Of a stretch of DNA of 64,000 bases, positions 54,801-64,000 are shown in pieces; the first letter of the stretch is position 1; every line of letters starts with the position of its first letter. Where the stretch lies: assembly GCA_054600435.1 (NCBI GenBank), contig BAAIJX010000013.1, positions 248,001 through 312,000 on the forward strand, in the 5' to 3' direction. The stretch is from Neophaeotheca triangularis. Its lineage: Eukaryota. Position numbers and translations under genes: made by a program. A model generated the notes under the pieces. That model had not been told where the DNA came from, ran no database searches, and saw only the letters and a program-made list of their open reading frames with translations.

Positions 54801-57663
54801 GAGACGTCTCATCGGCAAGGATCTTGGTGTCTTTGACGAAACAGTCCCACTCGTGAGGGTGAAGCTGCTTCAGGTATTCCAACATGGTAACGCGGGAGTA
54901 AGGCTCGTCCTCGCGAATAATTTCACGCAGGGACAGAAGGATTTTCTCGCCGTAGTGGGGAATTAGAACCGTGAAAGTCGGCATATTGTCCACTGGCAGA
55001 GGCTCAGGGATGGGAGTCGACAAAGACTGGGCGAAGAAAGAGATGCGGCGCTCGGCCTCGGACTGCTGAGGGAAAAACTCGGTCTTGAACGAGTGGTCCT
55101 CCTGGGAGACGAAAAATGTAGGTGCCCGAAGAGTACGCTTGCCTTCCTGCTCAGACGGCACCTGGTGGTAAAGCAGCTTCTGGACGTGATCGATCGCTAG
55201 CAAATGCTCGCGGTACATGGAGATGACGATGGCGTTCCAAATCTGCGAGATGAGGACCTTGGGCTTGTACTTGATCTCCATGTCGGTCGTGGCCAGGATC
55301 TTCGAGTAGACACGCTTCGGTAGACGGGAGAAGATGTTGCGCCATGGAGTCCAAATGGAAACACCCAGATAGAAGGAACGTGCCACGGAGAAGATACAGT
55401 TCCAGATGATGTACCACAGATAGCTGTCCAAAAAGAACAGAATCAAATCCGTGAAGTACATCAGAATCAGCAAGATCGTGGGCTGATGCTTGCAAAGAAC
55501 CTTTCCAATAATGGCTTCACCGACGCATTCCCTAATGTTCATGGTGGAGAGGATCCGGATGGGGTCACGAATCGACAGCGTCAGGAAGAAGTAAGATTCT
55601 ACCAACTTGGCTGCAAATACCAGGACCCAGAGACCGTAAGACATCCACATGTCGTTGCCTTTGAGGCTTGCCCAACTGGCGGTGAACGTCTGGCTTGCAA
55701 CGTACTGTCTTTTCTTGCCGCTGAGGTAGCTACCCCAAAGACCACCCAGGGGCATGATGGAGAAGAAGAAGAACGTAGCCAAGGCAATGAAGAATTGCAC
55801 GATACCAAGAGCCAGAGCAATATCGCCGTCCTGGTTGACCCCGAAGATGTAGACCGCAGGGCCAATGTTGACAGCGAAGACCACAAGTAGGAGAAGGAGA
55901 CGCTTGGTCAAGTGCTGAGCACCGGCCCAGCGCCTAGGAACGTACAACCATTCGGCCAAGGTAGCGAAGATCATGATGAGACTGGTGACGGTACCACCGA
56001 GGGCGACTGCGGACCATTGCGCAGCGGCCTTGGGGTCGTTGTCCAATTGCTGCTGGTAGTTGTTGGTGTAGAGAGTTGGCGAGTTGAAAGCAGTGTAGAA
56101 CCAGAAGGCGCCGATGTGAATGATCCAAATGCGGTTGAAGTTGACAAGCATGTGGAACCACGAGCGGGTCTCCTTGAAGGTCTTGAAGAACGCCTTCTTC
56201 CAGATAACCTCATGGAGTCTCTCGTATCGCTCAGCAGGTGGCAGATCGACAAGACGGGTCTTATCCTCGAAGGCGATGCGCTCAATGCCTTCGGGGTACC
56301 AGAAAAGCTGATTACAGTCGTCGTAGCCAATGATTTCGTTGTGTTCCCTCTCTTTACGCACGTATTTGCCTTCGTAGATTTCGTACCCTTGATCTCTGCA
56401 GTATTGGTAGATTGGCGTAATGCAGTTGTTTAGGAAGGTGAACTCTTCGACGGGCTCGACACGGTTCTGGCAGGCTTGCGAGTTGAGGTAGTCGTCTGCG
56501 CACTTGAAGATGAAACAGAGACACTCGGGCATGAAGCGCACTTGGTTGGCTTCACCCCAGCAAAGCAAGTATAGCGCGACTTGCCTCACGCGGTCGTGTT
56601 GCGACATGCGGTTCATGCGGGTCTTCCAGCGGTACTGTGCGGCTTCGAGCGAGTCGTCGCCCTCCATGCTCTCGAGAGTCTCCGCCTCGTCGGCAAGATT
56701 CTGCTCACCCTTCTTCTTCTTCGCGGCCTTGCGAGCTTTGCGGGTCGCACGGTTGCCCTTTCCGAGCTTCATACTGGCGAAACCGACAGCATCGTCGAGA
56801 TCCAGATGAGCGGCAAAGTACCACCTTCGGTAGTTGGCATTTTCACCGCCAATGTAGTCGGCGTGCAGGGAAAGCAGAGCTTGATTTGGCGACATGCGAG
56901 ACCCACGGGAGTCCAGCAGAACCATCATGTGGTCGAACATGTTGCGCATGCTGTCACGCTGAAAACCGAATTTGGCCGTCAAGTCGAGGAAAATGTCCTC
57001 AATCTCTTCCTTTGACAGCGGAATTTGAGCCTCCGAGGTCCAGGCCGGGTAAGGCTCACGAGAACGCTGACCGGCTGGCAAAGCACCGCCGTATTCCATG
57101 CCGTAGACGGGCGTGGAAGCGCCAGACGAGCGATTGCCTCCGAATGAAACCTGCGATGATGGTGGGCGATATCCGCGGCCTTGACCATCACCATATGAGT
57201 TGTAGCGCTCGTCACCGCGGCCGTAGTAATCCATCTCAGCGGCTCTCGCCATGTCAGATCTCATGGTGAAATCGCTGAAGGTTTCTGAGTCCTCGTCGCT
57301 CGCGTGTCCACGGCGGCCGCCAGTGGCGTATCCTCGACCACCGCCACCGCCACCGTAGGCTTGTTGCTGGTTGGCGGCTGCAGCACCTTGGTCGTAGTAC
57401 TGGTCGTCATAGTACTCATCTTGATAGCCTTGCTGCCCGTTAGAATCGTAGTAGTCGCCTTGGTTCTGTCCGTAGGGGTCCTGACCCTGGTATTGGCCCT
57501 GGTAGTATCCATTGTCATCGTAGTAGCCATCTTGCTGGCCTTGGCCGTAGCCACCTTGCTGGTCGTAGTAGGCTTGGCCGCCGTCCTGGTAGTAGGCGTC
57601 CTGGCCGGCTTGCTGTGGATGGCCGTAGCCATCGTCATAGCCACCCTGATGAGGGTTCGCCAT
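51805..57663 (-). CDS. FKS1: 1,3-beta-glucan synthase catalytic subunit; exons 57663-52172, 52117-51805
   Basis: FKS1 domain and GT48 motifs ([44 protein letters not shown]). A 54-nt intron joins [14 protein letters not shown]. Confidence 0.98.
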
Positions 57664-57693
57664 GATTGCTTTGGTCGCGAGGTATTAGGATTA

Positions 57694-57822
57694 CTGCGGA
57701 TTGCAAGTTAGCAAGCGTTCCGCTGTTCCCAAGCCGACTCCTGTTGCAGCCTTTCGCAGGCCCACAGACGCAATGCAGAGCCGGCTGGATCGTGATTGTT
57801 GTGAAGATTGGACAGTACGTAC
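57694..57822 (-). other. Putative 5'-UTR intron of FKS1
   Basis: GTACGT donor, GCTAAC branch point and CAG acceptor 30 nt upstream of the ATG. Confidence 0.6.
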
Positions 57823-60800
57823 ATTCAGACCGTAACCATCAAGACGAAGGGCTGTCTGGCAGGCGGGTGGATGGGATTATAGGATTGCCGATGTAGTGAG
57901 AGGAAGCGAGTGGTTGCTGGCACAGCTGTGGCAGTGCTTGTTGATGTCGAGAGGAGCGAGCGAGCGTGCGAAGGCCAGGTAATAGTGGCGACAGTGTGGT
58001 GCCTTCCAAAAAGGCGACGAAAAGGTCTTGTTGCTCACAACATACACAGCACCGTATGCCCAGGTGTGCAGTGCAAACGTGTGAAGTAGTGTGATGGGTG
58101 GGACGAAGAACAAGCGACCAGTCGAAAGTATGGATCCGACGATGTTGTTGCAGAAGGGGAGAGAGGGTGTTGCTGTGGTGAGAACGCGCGTTATTCGGCA
58201 GAAGTCAATGCACTGCTAGAGGCCGCGGCGTGATTGGCGGACAAGCAACTACCTAGTAGTACCTAGGTAGTGTAGTAGTGGCAACGGATTTCGGGCGGCG
58301 GGCCACGCTTTCTTGATGTTGCGCAGCTGCTGCTGGAAGGCGAACACTCAAAGTATGTTGGGTAGGTACAGTAAATTGTAGTATGAAGAATGGAGGAGAG
58401 GAGACGTGTGAAGAGGTGGTGAGGTAAGGTGAGGTGAGGTGTGGTGAGACGACGATGGATGGGAATAGGCCCTCCCAAGTTCCAACTTTACACGAGGCGA
58501 CGCAGAATGTGGGTGGGAGAAGAATTGAGGCAGGGGGTGAGGGCTCCCGGCTTGCCTTGGCTTTGGGTGGGAAAAGGGGACACATTGGGCGGCTCTTGTG
58601 ATAGGTTGCGCTGCTGCTGCTGCTACTCCTGAGTTCTGCCACTAGTAGACGTGGCTCTCTCTCTGGTTGGCCGCGAGAACAGGACCCTGGCTAGAATAAT
58701 AATAATATTCGATAATATGATATCTATGGACTTACCTTCACAACACACGCTCACGCCTCTGTAAGTAGTGTCGTTTGTGTACTCAGTCTTCACCATCAAC
58801 TTACCGTCCACGGGTACCTTATTTGCTTCCAAGTCGTCCCGTCTTGCTCGATGATGCTTGCTCGTCGCACGGTTGCTATGTAGAGCCGAACTCCTCCTTC
58901 TCACACAAGCACCAGCAAACTTCCGCCAGATCGCACACTACCCAACTTACTACTTCCCATCATCCTAACCCAATCTACACACCACTGCTACCGCTCCGGC
59001 GCCCTGCATCTCCGCCCTAGACAATTTGACTCGTTTTACCACGATTCTTCCATGGTATCATGATGCCTGCCGATTTTCATCCCTTCCTCCGCACATGTTG
59101 GTGGAGGTCAGTAGTAAAGTAGTGACATTCGTTCCAACGGTCACAGAAGATCGACTTGTTAACGGGCGTTTCTCATCAGGTGGCAATCACGTTGCTAAGA
59201 ATGCTATTTACAGTGTGAGGTGCTGCGTGTTGTAACCGGCACATTTGTAGCGTGCATATTCCTGCTTCAACACGCATCCTGCTCGTTCCTCATCTGTGAG
59301 GAACACTCGTCTCATCATCTTTCTTACTTTCAGGCATGATCAGTACCCCGCAACGATAGACTTGTACTGTACCATTGTTCAAAAATGATGTCTACGTTCA
59401 AGCCGCCCGGCATACCGTCGAAATTATCATTTGCCCCTAGACCGAGACCTCGTTCACATAACAGGTGCAGCAGCAGCATAAAAGCGCATGCCGCCGCTCG
59501 CGACGACGTTCCCCGGATGTCGCTGGCACAACAATGTCTGGAGCTTGCTGCCAAAGATAGATCCGCCACTTCAGTAACCAAGTGGGAGCTCCTGTACCTG
59601 CAGTAGTATGCTGTGGTGACGAAATCGAGTTGCTGCAACGACCGGCGAGGGGGCAATCGAGAATTCGCGAGCTGCTGCTATGGAGATGGGGGCGACTTCC
59701 ACCCCCCGTACTAGCATCAAAAACGGACGAGAATTGCGGAGGTCTCTATAAATTTTCGTCCGTTTTTGATGCTTATGGCTAGCCACCCCACCCCAACTTA
59801 CTGTAGAGCTAGACATGGCGTGGGACCCATAGCGGGATTTACGTCGTTCTCGTAAGCTGACTGGCATCCCCACGGTATCAGCAAATCCCCAGCGGTTTTA
59901 TACGCAGCTTCGTAAAGATGATAATGATGATGAAGTTAGCGACCCACGTCGATCCCACGCCTCCAACCTGGTGACCACGGTCCACGGACTTGTTGACCAT
60001 TTTCCTCGCCACAAGGGTTCAGACTGCAGCGTTAGCACGACGAACGGCACACCGGGGTGGCGGGTTGCTCGGCAGCGAGGGAAGAGAGAAAGTTTGAACG
60101 GGCGGGCTCGAAAACTTAGCAGTAGTAACAACTAGTAAGCGTTGAGAGGAGCGGCGGCCAAGCAACAAAGCCGATCGGTGAGGACCAGCAACAAGCACAG
60201 CCACGCTACATTTTATGTTCGCAGATTTGAACAGCTTTCTTGGTGTTTATCAGGGAATGCGCCAGATGCATGCCAACACACGCGTGAGCACACGAGGTGC
60301 AGGCTCCTGAGGGCTGAAACAAGTCTAGAAGGCCACAGGCAAGCCCTTGCCGAGATTACCACTCGCGCTTGGTGTAAGCTGTAATATGAGCGAGATGGCA
60401 CAAGATTGTCGTTGGAGAGGCTTGTCGACGACAAACGCTTGATGAAGGGTAGTTCGGCACTCGGCGTGAGGAAGAAGAAGAAAGAAAAGAGCCAGAACGA
60501 TTAAGGTTGCATTTGTTGTTGTTGTTGTTGGACCCTGAGAAGAATTCTAATCATAACACGACGATGCTTGAGTGCAGGTTGATCTCAATAGAGACACGAT
60601 AGAGCCAATCAAACGAGGGACCGTAAGGTAGTATCCCTAGCCCCCGAGCCAGTACGCAAAATAGCAGAGGGCAGGGTCCGGGACTACTACTAGAGTAGTA
60701 GTGAGGTAGCGTCAGGTAGGGTCTAGGTACCTAACCATCTGGGACATGGGTGGCGAAAGTGGCACCGTGGATTCTGGAATGGAGGCTTCCACGCAAGTCG

Positions 60801-60843
60801 CAAGCTTCGCATGGGAGCCAAGCCGCGCAAGCTGGTGGAGGGC

Positions 60844-60878
60844 TTTCACCAATTTCACCAATTTCACCAATTTCACCA
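60844..60878 (+). repeat. (TTTCACCAA) about 3.9 copies, upstream of the GH72 gene
   Basis: Three exact 9-nt copies plus one 8-nt partial copy. Confidence 0.9.
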
Positions 60879-61246
60879 TTCCTCTTCGGGTCTTGCGTCA
60901 CAGAAAGGGGACGAGCCGTTACAGCCGCTTGCCTCTCTCTCTCTCACCACCCGACTCTTCGCAAACACCACCACCACCGACTGCTTACCTTACCTTACCT
61001 ACCTCATCAACATCACCCTTTCACCACCACCTTCCCACCACCACCCCTCCTTCTTCCTTTACTCTTCATCTCTTCGCGGAAACCAATACTACTCATTTCA
61101 CTCCTTCCACACTCCTTGATTTCCGTCTTTATTTTTCCTACTTCCATTCCATCCATATCCCCACCTCAAAAGCTTAGCCAAGCTTCGAATCCGACAATCA
61201 CTTCCTCTCTGCCTCACCACCAAGCATCTCGATACCTTGCACCAAT

Positions 61247-63048
61247 ATGAGAGGGTTTGGCGTGGCTTCCACCGTCGCGGCGGCCGTCGCGTCCACTAGC
61301 TACTTCGTCAGCAATGTCGTGGCTCAATCCGTGACCGAGGTCGACCCCATTGTCATCAAGGGATCCAAGTTCTTCTACAAGTCCAATGGCACCCAATTGT
61401 AAGTTACGACGATCTTCCTCTGAAGCATCCTGCGAGATGACTTACATTTCTGTGCTCTAGTTACATGCGCGGTGTCGCCTACCAGCAAGACACCAGCGGC
61501 GGTGGCGGCGAGATCGATGTCAGCGTTAGCACCGACTACAAAGACCCCCTCGCCGACCCCGACAGCTGTGAGCGCGATATTCCTTACCTCATCGACCTGA
61601 GGACGAACATCATCCGTGTGTACGCCATCGATCCTACCGAAGACCACGATCAGTGCATGAGCATGCTTGCCGACGCCGGTATCTACGTTATCGCCGATTT
61701 GTCGCAGCCCGGTCTGTCAATCAACCGCGACAGCCCGACCTGGGATGACGATCTCTACGCACGCTACGCCTCTGTTGTCGATGAGATGGCACAATACACA
61801 AACACAATGGGTTTCTTCGCTGGTAACGAGGTTGCCAACCAGCCCAACAACACTCAGGCCAGCGCTTTCGTCAAGGCTGCCGTCCGTGACACCAAGGCAT
61901 ACATCGCGCAGCAGGACTACCGCGAGATTGGTGTCGGTTACGCGACCAACGACGACCCTGAGATTCGTGAGGCCATGGCTGACTACTTCAACTGCGGCGA
62001 CCAATCCGACGCCATTGACTTCTGGGGTTACAACATCTACTCGTGGTGCGGCGACTCATCGTTTTCGGAATCTGGGTACGACGAGCGCACTGAAGAGTTT
62101 GAGGGTTACTCGGTCCCCGTCTTCTTCGCTGAATACGGTTGCAACGAGGTCGAGCCGCGTGAATTCGGCGATGTCCCCGCCCTTTATGGCCCCCAGATGA
62201 ATGACGTCTGGTCCGGTGGTATCGTCTACATGTACTTCCAAGAGGAGAACGACTACGGTAAGCTGAACGAGCGATTACGCATCTTCAGACACCATAGCTA
62301 ATGCCTCTCAGGTCTCGTCTCTGTCTCTGGTGACAGCGTCAGCACTCTCGCCGACTACGACAACTACTCAAGCCAGATGCAGAAGGCTACCCCGACAGGC
62401 GTCAACATGGACGACTATTCCCCATCGAACTCCCCCACCGCCTGCCCTTCCACCGACAGTGACTGGCGCGCCGTTGCCACCCCTCTCCCACCTACTCCTA
62501 ACAAGGAGCTCTGCCAGTGCATGTACAACTCGCTCTCCTGCGTTGTTGCCAGCGACATCGACTCTGAGGACTACGGCGACCTCTTTGGCACTGTCTGCGG
62601 TCTCGGTGACGATGTCTGCGCTGGTATCCAGGCCAACGGCTCCACTGGCGACTACGGCGCATACAGCATGTGCAACAGCACCGAGCAGCTCGCCTTCGTT
62701 CTGAACGAGTACTACCAGGCTCAGGACGAGAACCAAAGCGCCTGCGACTTCTCCGGCTCCGCTACCACGAAGCCCACCCAATCCCTCGGGGGCAACTGCG
62801 AGAGACTTGTCAGCCAAGCCCAAGGTGGTACTGGTACCGTCACCGCTCAGGTCACCCAGACTGGCGCCGGCGACGCCGGCTCCGGCTCCAGCGGCAGCTC
62901 CGGCAGCGACAGCGACAACGACGACTCTGACGACTCCGACAGCGCTGGCAACATGCTCGGTGTTCCCATGTACAGCAACGGCCTTGTGCAATTCGGCGCT
63001 TACGCCTTCGTCGCCGTCGCCACCGGCATGGGCATGATTTTGTTGTAA
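61247..63048 (+). CDS. GPI-anchored 1,3-beta-glucanosyltransferase (GH72 with X8/CBM43; GAS/GEL family); exons 61247-61398, 61461-62257, 62312-63048
   Basis: Signal peptide, [12 protein letters not shown], catalytic FAGNEV and FFAEYGCN, Cys-rich X8 domain, Ser/Asp linker and hydrophobic GPI signal. Confidence 0.95.
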
Positions 63049-64000
63049 GAAAAGAACGTATCGACGAGATGAGCGAGATTGAAGAACAAGACGGGCGGCG
63101 TGCTTTGATAATTACAAGATTGGTGATTTGAGTGCCCCCCAAATTTTTTCCCTGCCAATGAGGGTTTTAGCGGGCGCGTGAGTGGTATTTACAGCCTTCG
63201 GGTTTGATTCTCCTGCGCAACTTGTTCCGAGAGGTTCGTCTGGCGTGCTTTGCTCGAGGCCTTGTCTTGATTGATGGATAAGTTTTTCCTTATTGGCCTT
63301 TTGGCCTCTGGCTGTATAGCTGCGAATGATATCAAGTAATCAAATCACTACCCGCTTTCATTCATGTGCCTGAAGATTATTTGCTTTTTTCCGAATAGAG
63401 CCTTTCTCTATCGTGTATGGGCGTTGTGGCCTCCCCCGACTCCCACGCTTATCGGCTGATTCTAACCCTCAGGGGCTCCGTGTGCAATTTGCTTGCCCAG
63501 CTTGTCTCGAACCGCTTCACTACTGTCCCGAGGATGCTCAAGAAAGACTCCCTGTGGTGCAGCTTGCCAACACACCACTTTCTTCCCCCTTGGGCCCCCC
63601 GTGTGAAGCTTCCGGTCCCACGCACAAGAGCCATTAAACGGCACAGTGTTCGAATTTTGCCAAGGGCTGCTCCTGCTTATGCGAGCCTACTACAAGTAGG
63701 AGAAAAGAAGGTGTCGGGGAAAGGGAGAAGGCGGGAGCCAAGCTGTGACTGGGCTTTGAAATGGGGGTTTGGCTGTCTGTGTTGGCGAGGACCACTTTTA
63801 GGCTTGTAAGAAGGACTGGTTTGGTATGTTGGAGCGTGGGGAGTGGGAGAGGGGAGCTCGTCGTGCGAAGAGGGTTTGGTGAGGTGCTTTGTTCAGGGCA
63901 AGGTTTGTCTGGTTTGGTTTGTCTGCCTGGCTATGGATGGAGGCTTGATTGTTTTGGGACTCAAGGGAGGGGGCTCGAGGGCGGTGGATGTTTGGTTTGC

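Noticed and set aside
53617..54966. 449-aa ORF antisense to FKS1, and similar antisense ORFs over oxdC, RPT3, ECD and TAF5
   Set aside because: Shadow ORFs caused by strong codon bias on the opposite strand; no recognisable domains.
60844..60878. Tandem repeats as a CRISPR-like array
   Set aside because: Simple spacer-less minisatellite in a eukaryotic genome.

Overview
This is gene-dense DNA from a filamentous ascomycete. Short GT-AG introns with CTRAC branch points, several intronless genes and a very acidic GPI-anchored protein are compatible with a Dothideomycete such as a Capnodiales black fungus; that assignment is inference. I can support 19 protein-coding genes and one intron-containing tRNA-Tyr(GTA). 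In order: DUF1275 membrane protein, oxalate decarboxylase, NAD-dependent epimerase, RPT3, RPS20, CUE3/ASCC2-like, ecdysoneless/SGT1-like, Pcp1/pericentrin-like, C2H2 zinc finger, GTPBP2-like GTPase, TSR4, APC1, NUP37-like, MED11, TAF5, MRPL36, a large flavin-reductase-like protein, a formate/nitrite transporter, then (after the tRNA) FKS1 and a GH72 GEL/GAS enzyme. I found no CRISPR array, rRNA or coding transposon. The most interesting observations are five. (1) A 744-nt, highly self-complementary first intron in TAF5, where all other introns are about 50-160 nt. (2) Seven head-to-head gene pairs, several functionally matched, notably RPS20/uS10 with its ubiquitin reader CUE3 and DUF1275 with oxalate decarboxylase. 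(3) A probable mitochondrial multidomain protein with internal presequence-like motifs. (4) A forkhead-site palindrome and a GATA-site cluster in promoters. (5) Recurrent C-rich to G-rich skew flips toward gene 3' ends. Exon boundaries were read by eye and gene identities come from recognised motifs, not database searches.
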